From assembly GCA_051294905.1 (NCBI GenBank), contig CM119379.1, forward strand, positions 16,368,001 to 16,432,000: a DNA stretch of 64,000 nt, read 5' to 3'. Of the stretch, positions 13,101 to 25,700 are shown piece by piece. The translations under genes and the position numbers were made by a program. Positions within the stretch are counted from its first letter, which is position 1. Each line of letters starts with the position of its first letter. This stretch comes from Botryllus schlosseri (taxonomy: Eukaryota). The notes below the pieces were generated by a model. It saw only the letters and a program-made list of their open reading frames with translations. It did no database searches and was not told the origin of the DNA.

Positions 13101-15517
13101 ATAATGTAAGTATTCGATCCTACATGAGTAGATGGATATGAAGTTATAAATGCACTATAAGAGGGCTGGATTACTGGTATCAATGTTTCATCAGTGAAAT
13201 TTGTGACATCTTCAGTCCCTTGAATCAACAAAAGGCAACAACTAGCAGTAAGCATAAACTCCACACTCCACATACATATACTGATATACATATGATAACG
13301 CTCTTGAGCTTTCGAAGTATATTATAAGGAGGTGATCAGTGAGAAAGTATTTCTACTTGGAAAATGTAGACTACTCAAGTAGATGTCTCAACTTGAAGTA
13401 ATTAGTCATGTTTTCATTCACACTATTTATACCTATATGTTTGAACCAATTTTCAGTACTAGTTACTTCATACTTCATCTGTAACTATTCTCATTAAACA
13501 ACTTACGTATGGTGACTCTAATTACACTCTAGATATGCTACCTTTGAGGGGATTTGCTATCACTATGTTACTTCTATTGTAGACACTGGCATTAACAACA
13601 GTCTCCACTGAACATTTGTACCACAAATATTGAAAATGATACACTGATTTATGTCCGGATTTCAAAGCCCACTGAATGCCTCCTACCATTTGCTTTAGTC
13701 CTTCTCCGAGCTGATCACATTCTTTGATAATTTCACCATTGATTTTATCCTACAGGAACAATGAACGTGTTATACCGGTTTCATCACAGTGCAAATTAAA
13801 CGTTTACCATAGATTCGCTGGCCTTCAGTTTGGCTTGTACGTCTGTGAAAAATGACTTGCAGTCCATGCACTGGTCACCAACAATCTGTTCAGAGAAATA
13901 ACATCATCGTTTCAAGTGGAACACGTTTCCACTCAAGAGAAACTTCCTACCTGTGACAGGCTGTTGCACATTGTCAAATCTGTGCATATGGTACTAACTT
14001 CCTAAAAAGGACAAAGAGTTTCAAGTAGCTTACAGGGTAGGCCTACATAATTTTCTCGATGACAAATCAAAATCGGTTTCACTTACCATCTGAGATATAC
14101 CGTCCAAAACTTGTGGAAAATACTGGCTCACCATAGATTTGCACTGTGAATGCAAGATAATATCATGTATATATTACAAGCCAAAACGCGATATTATCAT
14201 ATGTATAACATAAAAAATATATGCTTACCAGAGGACCCATTCCAGAACCAAATGTTTCACATTCAGTGTCCAGCATTTTGGTCCAGTCATTCTAGAAAAC
14301 AGTTACGATGTCCTTGCTTGGTGACTTTGATTTCATGATATCGATTAGTGTGGCGGTGTGGCTTAACCCAATAGGATTATTTTTAGGAATACGTTGTCTA
14401 CAGAATGCACAATACGGGTGTTCAAAAATGACTATTTTTCTCCAATCGTACTGGCTACTTGATAAATTGTTAGGTTACCTAATTTAAGCCTACACACCAA
14501 ATTTGATTCAATTCCAGCCAGTAGCCGCATTGCTACAGGAGAAGAAAGTTTCTATTTATTATATAAAAATAAATGACAAAAAAGTTGAAGATTAAAGAAT
14601 CGGTCACCGTAAATACTATTTTATTCGTAATCCAAAATTTTTCGGTGTGGATTATGAATAAAATAGTATTTACGCTGACCAATTATTTCATTATTTATTG
14701 TAGTGATGCCCACCGTTAATACTATATTATTCAAATCCCAATTTTTCGACGGCAATAACTCCAGTTCCATTGGTTGGAATTGAACCAAATTTGGTGAACA
14801 TCGTTTCTATAGACAACCTAACATTTTCATGGGGTGAACAGAGAATTTTCAAATTTTTTGTTATTTATTTTTAATTAATGAATAGAAACTTTCTTCTCCT
14901 GTAGCAATGCAGCTATTGGCTGGAATTGAACCAAATTTGGTGTGTAGGCTAAGTTAGGTAACTTGACAATTTTATCAAGTAGCCAGTACGATTTGAGAAA
15001 AAAAAGTCATTTTTGAACAGCCTCAATGCACAATTTCAACAAATCGACAGATCCACTTCAAAACTAAAAAACTATGCCTAAGCGCCTAGCATATTACTTA
15101 CCACCACTTTTCTATTGTTCATCACAGTGTTTTTAAAATCTTTCATAAAAGCGGTACAATCGGAACAGTCGGATCCCGCATCAAGTGGATAAGCGATTGC
15201 CCCGCATACTACTGTAAGACAGAAGCATAATATTAAATATTTGAATCATAATATATTTCAATGCTATCCTAAACACGATCAAAGTTGAGAAGAATTGATC
15301 ACAATAAACATCTTAAAATATTGGTCATTGAATTCAGTGGATCATCCACTCCGAGGCTTTACCAAACCATTGATTTCATGAACACAGCCAATAGGCTTGC
15401 AGCTTTCATTTTAGTTCATTCATATAATACAATGTAGGCTACACATCGTTTGAATTATCTGTTATTATAGTTCATACCCAAGGCAAGAATAACGACGCTT
15501 AAATCCCGCGTCTTCAT
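1111..15517 (-). CDS. PSAP: Prosaposin-like secreted/lysosomal poly-saposin precursor: signal peptide plus >=10 SapB domains; 3' end lies left of the window
   Basis: 26 GT-AG coding exons in consistent phase (5'->3'): 15478-15517 (MKTRDLSVVILAL, signal peptide), 15102-15211, 14229-14291, 14087-14143, 13951-14001, 13808-13885, 13687-13749, 12325-12381, 10959-11012, 10752-10826 (or -10835), 9723-9899, 9561-9656, 8951-9127, 8787-8882, 6354-6530, 6192-6287, 5587-5763, 5428-5523, 4067-4243, 3913-4008, 3122-3298, 2961-3056, 2445-2621, 2285-2380, 1629-1793, 1111-1209. About 941 aa lie in the window. Each domain has the saposin six-Cys pattern (CxxC...C...C...YG...C.....C). The symbol denotes family; strict orthology is untested. 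Confidence 0.9.
4542..5259. mobile_element. GACTC-rich hAT-type MITE (CAGGGTTGTAA subfamily) in a prosaposin intron
   Basis: Degenerate left TIR AAGCGTTGTAA at 4542 and right TTACAACCCAG at 5249-5259; internal similarity to 32860-33336 and 34308-34793; absent from the paralogous intron at ~6000-6050. Confidence 0.8.
7388..8645. mobile_element. Cluster of hAT-type MITE fragments inflating the 2.2-kb prosaposin intron
   Basis: hAT-like termini CAGGGTTGCCA (~7407), CAGTGGTTCCAAATC (7794), TTGCAGACCCTAG (~8241) and TTTGAGAACCACTG (8632-8645); no matching TSD pair found. Confidence 0.5.
14414..15024. mobile_element. Foldback/Mutator-like non-autonomous element with ~175-bp TIRs and 10-bp TSD
   Basis: Arms 14414-~14590 and ~14855-15024 are inverted copies, flanked on both sides by AATGCACAAT (14404-14413 and 15025-15034); inner hairpin at ~14602-14680. 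Confidence 0.85.
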
Positions 15518-16469
15518 TTCGATGGTTGATAATATCTTTTATTTCCAACGTAGGCATAAAATCTAGATCGATAAAAGATAATGTCATGATTGGATATCCC
15601 TGTAACCGCGACTTTAAAACAGCGTGAGCGATCTACACCACGACCGACACCCTATTGCAACTATATGCCTTGCAAAATGATACTTAGCACCACTAATACG
15701 CTCAAAGTTCGTTTAGCACCTCAACAACAAATATTTGTCTTGTTAAAACACGCAGTCGAAATTACTTATTGCAATTAGCCACTATGCGAAATATCGTAAT
15801 AGCGGAGTGACAGCGTTATCACATTTGAGACAAATCATTCTGAATCTGTCTGGTATTAATCACATAAGCCTACTAGGAAGTGATGGAACTTATTCGTTCG
15901 ATGGTTATTTTCAACAAAAAATTCTTATCTGGGAATACCAGCCACAGTCAACCCTCATCCCTCGGTATTCTGCACGCGTAATGCTTGTTAAAACGGTGTA
16001 GCATTTAAAACTTCACATTTCAGTGATTTATAGCGACAAGATAGCGTAGCCTAATATTTTGGAGCGTCCGACTTCTTGGTTGTTAAGACCTGATCAGTAA
16101 AACTGGTAAAACGCAAAAAACAACACTGAGAAAAATATATAATGTTCAGAGATGTATAATTGTATATAGTTTCGCGATACTTCTTTCCACTATAGTTAAC
16201 TCGATTGGTCGTTTCATAATAGCACAGGCTACTAAACGCATTACAAAGTAACGAAATGAAGTTGTGATCAACCCGTAGCATTGTCACAAAGTGCAATGAA
16301 ATAGGAATGGTCGAAAAAATACAAAATTAACGTCGATCGGTGACGTAAAACTGGCATTATATTATTTGTGGTCGCAATAAAGCAGTGGGAAATTCAAGGA
16401 TTTATGGTGCTGGATAACAGACGCATTTGCAAAATAAATACGTCAATATTAATCAATGATGATATCTTC

Positions 16470-16810
16470 ATCTGATCAAGACACACACAATGTACATTTG
16501 TATAATGCGATAAGACACAATGCGATGTAACGAACAGATAGGAGGATGCTGAACGGCCAGTTGCGGTCTGGAATCCACCTCGACCTAGTGCCCGATGTCA
16601 AAGTTATTTTTCGACGTTAATCTCTATTCCGCGGCCTTTTCTTACTTTTTCCATTTCTCGTTAGTGCTTTCATTCATTGGGTTTTTGTCTCTGGACTTGT
16701 TTGTCGCCGAAAGAACAGCGACTTGGGGGAAGAGGAGCCCAGATAAACCTCCGACGCGAAATCGAACTAGTGATAACAACACGATTACGGTTACCATTTC
16801 TTTGCTCTGG
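16470..16810 (-). mobile_element. Degenerate copy of the tRNA-derived SINE
   Basis: Reverse complement shares GTTCGATTTCGCGTCGGAGG, CTGGGCTCCTCTTCCCC and TGACATCGGGCACTAGG.CGAGGTGGAT...CCGCAACTGG with 18034-18305. Confidence 0.7.
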
Positions 16811-18033
16811 ACTGTATGAATCGCTAATTTTAGATTTCTGACTAACCAATATTGGCCTCACAAACACGTTTAATACGATCAGCACCTCGTGCAATCAAGC
16901 TTTCCTAGAATTTTACAGGACACCTGTACACAAGAGCTTTTAGGTTGCACTATAAGAGGCGAGTGTTTATGTCTACTGTCAGAACTCCCAGAGATATTGG
17001 GTGCCAAATAGCTTCGTCTGTGACATCCGGCATGTCACTATAGTGAGCTTAAAGTTTGATAAAACGCAATGACAAAAGTTAAAAGAAAATACGACCATAA
17101 CTCAACCACGGACTCACGTTTGTTCAGGAAAATTATGAGCAACTGCCACAATCATTGGTTTTCTTTACACGGTTCGTAACTATCAATCTTGGGGCGCCTT
17201 AAACAAAGGGCGTAAAAAATAAATTCTTACCAAATTTAATCGGGCGGGTGGGATAAAGGCATTTTCGGTTGTAGGGAATGAAAACTAAAAAAATCAAACG
17301 TGGGAAATAAAGAAAAACAGGCTGGGAAGCACCGCAAAAAGGTAGATCTCCGTACCATTCATATTGTCATGATACTCGAATACTCGTCTTGACGCCTCAA
17401 TTCAGAATCGAATCACTCAGGGTTCTCGATTTTGGCCAGCACTACTAATGATCGTACCGCTCTAACGCAGGTGTCGTGGTAGTTAGGTAGTAAGGAGAGT
17501 GGAGCTGATCATTTTCCCGTTCTTACCACATACCACTGAAACTGAGCTATATATCGGCTATCGTGCACTTGAAGTTGACTGCGCTTTCTGACGGGTACGC
17601 CGTAGACTCGATTCGTCTGTCAAGTTTGCAAGTCTGTGAACTGACATGATCTCTTTCATCTTGACTCTTTCTACAAATCAATTTAAGACATTGCAGCGGT
17701 TGCCTTCAACATACATAGGCCTATATTTGCCCTAGTAGGCTATATAGGTTACTACGAATTTTTAGAATTACCGCCTGCACCAGCTCGACCCACTCAGCTA
17801 TATAAACAGGTAGATCTGATCACTTTTATGCAATATATGTAAGCAGGCTACCACTATTACTGACCAAGCTCATTCATTACCTTTGGAACATTTACTCTTC
17901 GGAACTCGTCAGGCACTGATCGCCAAGCAATTTGTCGCCAAGCATTAAAACCAGACGATGGAAAAATTGCATTCGCACGCGAGCATTCCCTGCATGAGGT
18001 TGATTGCTTCTTTGATCTCAGTGCATGTCTGGC

Positions 18034-18305
18034 GGGGGGATAGCGTAGTGGTGACGATAAGCGCCTGCCGCACAGGCGGCTGGGTTCGATTCCGCGTTGG
18101 AGGATATTCTGGGCTCCTCTTCCCCGCGTCAAGTCAAAAAAGACCCGATGAAAGAGCGCACTCACAAACAAAACGAAAGAGCAAGAATGAGCAGCGGAAA
18201 AGCGACTAACATTGAAAAAGGAACTGTGACATCGGGCACTAGGCCGAGGTGGATGCCGGTTTAACAGACTGCAACTGCAACCGCAACTGGTCGTTCGGAA
18301 TCCTC
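18034..18305 (+). mobile_element. tRNA(Gly-GCC/Asp-like)-derived SINE with intact Pol III A and B boxes
   Basis: A box TAGCGTAGTGG at 18041, B box GGTTCGATTCC at ~18083, CGCCTGCC anticodon-arm-like segment. The 3' side cannot form an acceptor stem, and a ~200-bp body is shared with the copy at 16470-16810. Confidence 0.75.
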
Positions 18306-18436
18306 ATATCAGTATCAGTTTATTAATATTTTCATCACTACAAAACACCATAAAACTGCGATATAATGAAAAGATGGGCAGGTGCCGAAACGAGTAGTCT
18401 TTGAGATGGACACTGGACACCCACCTTGGTCTAGGC

Positions 18437-18828
18437 CAGTGGTTCCCAACGTGGGCGATATCGCACCCCAGGGGGCGATTTAGCGGTATAGGGGGCGAAA
18501 ATGACGAAGGGGGCGATAGGGGGCGAAAATGGACAAAGGGGGCGACAGGGGGCGAAAATAGCGAAGGGGGCGATAAGGGGGCGATGAATCGTTAGAACGG
18601 CTATATTGGAGTCAAGTCGGAGAAATGACCTTTTTTTTAGTCAACCCACGAAAAATTGGATGCTAAAAAGTAAAATTCGACATCGAGCCGCAAAGTTGAC
18701 TTTTTTTTTTAGTCAACCCACCGGTTACAGTTTGTATGCCCATTTTTCGGTTCACAGAATTTGAGGGGCGATGATCGGTGTAGAACTTGAAAAGGGGGCG
18801 ATGGGTCGAAAAAGGTTGAGAACCACTG
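18437..18828. mobile_element. hAT (Charlie-like) MITE with GGGGGCGA internal repeats
   Basis: TIRs CAGTGGTTCCCAAC / GTTGAGAACCACTG; perfect 8-bp TSD GTCTAGGC (18429-18436 and 18829-18836). Confidence 0.92.
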
Positions 18829-19705
18829 GTCTAGGCGAAGTAGAGAAGAGGCATGCACTGCACACTGAATGAAAAGTAAAGCAAAAAATATAAAGGCAAG
18901 CGACAAAATGAGGTGACATGTGGCGGAAGGCAAGATCGATATGTTAGGTCGTATCTGATCGTTACATCGCATTGTACACTGTGTGTGTCTTGTTCAGTGG
19001 AAAATATAATCTGACGATTAGATTAGATTAGATTAGATCAGAAATTTTGGTACTTATCAGCATTGTTTCGTCGATTTGAAGACAGTTAACCAACTCATTT
19101 AGCTGAAGCAAAAGCACCAAACGACATCAGGGATGGCCACAGTCCGGTTCAGGAGTCAGAGCAGGATTACATCGATTTTTAACGTAGTCGGACTGGATCC
19201 GGATTCTGAATTTGCGTTGAATTTGCGTTTATACAGCTCAGTGGTTGACGGTCGGATTTTAGCCGGATTTTTCTACTGAAAAATATGAATATTAGGATTG
19301 TTTTGGCAGGATTTCTTCGGATTCCGAATTGGACATTCACCAGCCTGATTTTTTCGGACACTGAATTTCGAATTGCCAGCCAGATCCGGATAGATTCGGA
19401 TCCCAAAATTTTGGAATCCGACCATCTTGGAACCACATCCGACCTAAGGTTTACCTTAGTTATCTATAATCCGATATCCGACATCCAAGCCGTGACGGAC
19501 TGGTCATGCGCGACGATCACCTAGGAAACAGTGAGGAACACTGTAAATGCTTTGCAGCGCGGCAGCGGTAATGCTATTATGTCGTTCACAAATTTTGGTA
19601 GCATTGTTGTGCCTTATGTATGTATGAAAATATATGAAGCAGTGAAATAATATAATCGGGATTTTGGTATTAGGGAGACTTTGATATTAGAATAGGCCAT
19701 CATAT

Positions 19706-22700
19706 ATGGACAGATCCAGAAGACTGGATGACGTTGACGTCCTTGATTCCAATCTTGTCAAATTTCGAGGATTATACTCTTTTCATGACACAGAAGAAAG
19801 TCAATTTAAATCAAAAAAGCAAAATATACACGACTTTGGAAGCTCAGCTCTGTATAAGGACGTGGTGAGTGAAATTCTGCCTTTGGTCCCCTGGTGATTA
19901 CATCAAACATCTATGATAATTTGTACCGTAGGCCACCGTATCCTAATGTTATACCGTTCCAGCTTCAAAGCCACTTGCAATTCAAAATCTTTTTGTTCTC
20001 AGGATAATGAATCGATAACATCTCAAAACAGCCCTCGCTTGTCCGAACGACCAGTCACACCAATCAATGACAGCATCAAAAGTGCACCCAAAACATATGC
20101 AACATTATCAAAACTAATACACCGAAGAATACATCCGAGGCCGGAATGGGACCACATTTCTGTAGAAGACCAAAGCAGTCTGGTAAAAGAATGTTACTTA
20201 GGCGTGAAAAGTTTCCATGAACGAGTACAAAGCTCGTGTTTAATATTACAGGGAGCAGTAATCATGGGTGAGGTGAACACAGTGTGGCCGCTTCTGCGAA
20301 ATCAGCTTGATGATCCATTTCTAAATCGGCATCAAAATAGGGAATTGCAAAGAAGGATTACGGTAAATCAGCTATGAGTTTTTGTGTGCACCTGTAGGCC
20401 TATAATGAATTCTCATGCAGGGTTAGTGTGATTGCATGTAAAATAAGGTCAGTCGCGACTAGCAAAATAAGATCAGTCACTATAATGTTAGGATTGAAGG
20501 TCAGCGTGTTTAGGGTAGAGTGAGGGTCATTAAGGTTGGGTTTGACGTATTTCGGGTGGGGATTAGTCAGTGCGTAAAGCCATATTTCAAATCAAACTTT
20601 TTGCTTAAGGAATCAAATTTAAAACCGGACTATGTTTCCGATAGTAACTTTGAATCCAAATTTTACTTTTTCATATCCACTTATAAATTCCATATCCAAC
20701 TATCCAACAAACTGATGTTTCAACACAAGTAGTTCTTATGTGATCTGTGCTTCAAATCCAGACTTCAAATCCAACTTTTTTCTAATTTAATTTTTTTTCC
20801 TACAGTAATTTCAAATTTCCAATTTTCATTATTCTTATCAACATGGAATTTCCTAACCTTGATCCTAAATCTGAAAATGTGTCAATATGAACAGTGCACA
20901 ATAAGGACAGTCACATGCAAAATAGGTGAGTCGCTGCATGCAGAATCAGGACAGTAGCCTACATGCCACTACCTTATTTTGCATGTGACTGACCTTATTT
21001 TGTATGCGATCACACCAACCCTCCTTGATTCTCCAGTAATTTGTATGTAAACTAAACTGATTATTTATATTTGAAGCCATTGAAGAGATTACACTCATTT
21101 GATATGTTGTCAGGTTAACCATAATTGAACCAACATAATGGTGAATGGAACAGATATATCGTCGCTGTGGAATCAAAGTAGCCTATGTCCATTTTAAAAA
21201 TTTTGAGATCCATTTTTCAAATTCCGATAAAATCAAGTTTTTGTGAAACTTCCATTGTTTTTGGCCATATCATGGTCATGTTATATTTGTCTCATTGTTT
21301 CAAAGTTAACCATGGCCAAAAAAATGGAACGTTTACAAAAACTTAATTCTCTCAAAATGTGTAAAATGGATATAAGCTAGAGTACTGTTAATACGCCTAA
21401 CCCGACGATATACGATATTTATTTTAAAACCATTCAACGGAACGTAATACCGTGCTTAGTTATATGCAATTTCTGCACATTACTTCAAATTGATGCTCCG
21501 CAGGTACATTGTGTAACTGTGTGCGAGCATCTTTTCTTACATTACTCGGAAAAAGTGAAGACACTCAACAATAAAGGAATTTTTACAAATTCTGCCAATA
21601 TGTGCAGGGTACGCGGCCAGCTAGCTGTGGATGCTGGAAAATAGTAAGTGCATGAGTTTTCTCCTTTGATATTAACCATTCATATTGACAATAGTCATTC
21701 GCTCATTCACAGAGATGGTCAGTAACGAGGTATTTCTATTTTTCCAAAGTACTCAAGTAGATTTTGTTTACTTGCTCTTGGCCAACTTAACCTAGTGATA
21801 GGGTCACCAATACTGCCAAGATCAAGACGCTTAGAAAACGACTTGTGGCTGCCCCATAAAATCAACCATTGCGAATTGACAGTTATTCAGCAAGTAATCT
21901 GTCTGTCTGCCGGTTTGTCGGCTTTGTAGGTGGTACGCGAAGAGAGCTGGGAGTAATGTCATACCTCAGATTGGCGAGCTTCTGCATAAGAAACAGTTAA
22001 ATTTATCTCATCAAATGGTGTTTTCTTGCTATCCATTGGTGTTGCGGTATAGGACTGACAGGAATAACCAATAAACACCGATACAGCCAAGTAAAATAAG
22101 TAATTCAGGTGGTATGTCGTGACAAACAAGCTAGTGGTACGCCGTGTGGTAAAAAACAAATTAGTGGTACGCGATTGGAAAAAGTTTGAGATTTAGTCGC
22201 TCAAAACCGATCAGTGAACACAATGACTTGGACTCGGACTCAAGTCACAACACTATGACTCGGACTCGACCCTCTATTCACTGACTTGGACTCGAACTTG
22301 ACTCGGTGGTGAATTGAATGTGACTCGAGTCAAAACTATAAAAGTGAGATTGACTTGTGACTCGGAACCTTGTGGCTCGGTTACAACCCTGCTAAACGGT
22401 CTGGCCCATTTGTCTGGATATTGCATTCTTGTGGCACATGGCCTCTAAGAAATTTGAAAAGTAGCCTACCCGCGAGCCGTTTTGAGTTGGTGACCCCTGC
22501 CCTAGTGGCTACATTTTTAGGTTACTTCCACTTCTACAATTCTTCCTACTTCTTCAGTTTTTTCGAATTTTCACTCATTGAATTATCGTAGTACTTTGGC
22601 GTGGAGGTTTCATCACTATTATGTGTCCATTTGATATAAGAACCACGTGATTAAACACCGGTATCACAAACGGTAACTGCATAACATGTTTTAGATTGGA

Positions 22701-25700
22701 CCTATTTTGTAGGTGTAATTAGTCATGATTCCTCAACCAAATCTACCTTTTGTAACTATTTACTTCAGTAATTTTCAGACCTTACATTTTCCATTTCCAC
22801 TTCAAGTAGACTTGACATGTCTTAGAAATTAGCTACTTCTACTTTTATTCGAGTGGAAAGTTACCGCATTACTTCTTCTAGTTGATTAGAAACGCTGACT
22901 ACTTTCACCAACTCTGCTGAAATCATTCTTCGATCCATCAGGATTGCATGCTGCTGGTAACATTTGTGTGTTTTATTTTTTCCAGTCTCAATATTTTGTC
23001 GGTGAGGCGGCATATTGTTGCTGATCTGAAGAAGCCACCAATGAAGGAACAGATAACATACAGTAGAGAAGAAGCTTCACGGTCTCCATCCACACCAGGA
23101 CCACCCCAAGTATGTCTCGAAATTAAATTGCGAAATTAAAATGTTGATTGTGCCTCTCTGCATCGGTAAATAAAGAATATACCACAATTTCCAGTCATAT
23201 CTGAACTGAAATAATTATATGCATATCCTGTTATCATTGATTTGATAATGAGCATGCCACCCATCATCACAGTCCATCAGTGAGACAAGTTTATCTTTTT
23301 ACTTGATTCTCACCTGATTTAACATCTTGCCTAGGAATATCACCTATTTATCAGCAATTCGTGTGATAATAAATATAATGCTTGTCTAATTGGTGTTTCT
23401 TTTACGAATTGGCTCAGGTATCATATTTTCACAGGCCATGTCAATAGGATATCCTTTTGTGTTGAACTAATTTGATTTTACGTGCACACTTCCTTGAATT
23501 GCAGAGACCGGAACAGCTTTCATTTAGAAAGCTTATTAAATCAAGCCGGCCTCGAAGAAAATTGAAATACCAATTCAATTTAAGAGCGGAAATTCAGGAA
23601 ATGCAATCCGTGATGCCGTCCATAAGTTTATCGAAGGTAAGTTCATGAAATCAAATGGTATTGTGAAGCACAATGTCCTTTTACCCACACAAACGTCCAA
23701 TTATATTAAAAATCTTATTTGCAACATAAGTAGGGACCATTGATATATCACAGATCGAATCTTTGATGAACAAGTCTTATACATTCCTACCATCGCGACC
23801 AAAAGACTTGGAGATTGAAGATGACGATAACACCGATTCAGAGTCGCTAGATATGAAAACTGATGTTGGCAAATCATCACCCGATTTTGAGAGGTTTGCG
23901 ATGCAGACTTTGTTATCCACAACACCTAATTTCTATAGGTACCGTCTTTATTCAGGTCTCAGATACATCGTTGCCCCTCTGAGCCGTCTCTTCCCCATAC
24001 ACTGTTACTGGATGAAATACTTCAAATCGAAAAGGTAAATAATATTAACTGTTTCATAACTTTACATTCACTCGAGTAAATCGCCTACGTAATACCTGTA
24101 GCAGAAGTGTTAGTAATGCTGTTTTTCTCCATGGCAAAAAGTGAATTTGTACTTATTGAGATATAATAATACTTATTGAGAATATGATAATTTCAAATGT
24201 GAGGCCAGCATCTATTTGACAAGACAGAACGAGCAATTTCACAAAAGCTTCCTGGTTAACAAAGAGTAGCTTAATATCAAAACTACTTGGGCTAATACCG
24301 TATTAGCCGTATATAAGCTGCTTTGTCAAATCATTCCTCTCTATATAGGAAGAGGAAGATTATTTATTGATGAGAAGTCCGTCCATGGCTCAAGAAAGCA
24401 GTCTTGATTTACCGCCAAATACACCGATGCCAGTGAGGGAAGTTGAAAAAGTACGATGTCATACTTCACAAGGATTGCGAACTGGTGTGTACTATTTTAG
24501 TAAGCCAAGAACAGAGTACATCAAATAGGGCTCTCACGAGAGCCATTATACTTTTTCCATTTGCATTTGACTTCGCATTTTTACTGCTTATGCTATTTGG
24601 ATGATTTTGGTAATGAAAATACTCCTAATAGCCTAAAGACTGACAGCATGTTGCCAAGAGGAAGCAGTTGAAATTTATTCCACTTATTGTCCAAACTACT
24701 GTCCCAGCTCTGCCAAATTACACATTCGATTTGCAATGGCATATTTTCCAGGGCCTAAAAGTGACACAAAAGTTTTGGAATCAAGTCCTATCATTCACGA
24801 CAAAGTTGAGAAAGAGGTCGCAAAAGAAAATTTAAGTACACTTGATTACATGAGTGAATTACAGACAGATGCGGGAGATGAAGAGTTGCCGCCATTGATA
24901 CAAGCTATAACAAGGTACGTTTATATTAGTCATAGCATGACAGATGATAAGACTTATTAAAACCATCTTGAATCTGGGCTGAGACATTGCTATATTTTGG
25001 CCTGCTTAGGAACAGATCATTTTGAATCAAGTAAAAGCTTTTAATTCTACAATACTTGAATATCATCGGTGGTGACTGCTTTTACGACCTCCGCTTGAGA
25101 TGTAACTTGGATTATTTCATATTGCCAAAAATCCGCAAGCTGCCTTTTTAAATTATTCTAATCTTGCATAGGAGTCATGAACAACCGCCTGGGAAGCATC
25201 CACCATCTCACATCAAATCAAGTTTATATGGGATCTGTTTTCAAATTATGCTACTACTTACCTGCTCTACTTTGAAAATACGCAATTCTGGTGTTGGTCT
25301 ATCGGCGAAAATATGTTATATGGGCATTACCGGTATCAGGTCAAAATTCCAATATTGGCTGGGCTCTAGAAATGAGTCCATTATGAATTCATGAACATAT
25401 CCCATATTTGTAAAGACATTAGTTAATTTAGTCACAACTAACCCTCAAAGTTTTTTAATAACGATAAATTTTTATTCAGACGACAGAGACAAGATGCCAA
25501 ATTGCGAGAATTAAAGAAGAAAGAGATAGAACTAGATAAAAAGCGGGATGCGGAACTGGAAGAACGGATGAAGCCGTTACCGCAAGCGCAGTATCCTCAA
25601 CCGCCAATTGTGCAGAGCAAATTGCCGGGTGTCAGTAACCCAATGACTAGGAAACCAATCACAATCCGCGCTTCTGACGTTAAAATCAATGACCATGTCG

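Noticed and set aside
16595-16819. ORF with TATWGKRS, resembling an amidated W-amide neuropeptide
   Set aside because: It is the antisense reading of a SINE copy; single motif and no precursor architecture.
18034-18110. Functional tRNA gene
   Set aside because: A/B boxes are present, but the acceptor stem cannot pair, the T-stem is broken, and the sequence continues into a body shared with another copy; it is a SINE head.
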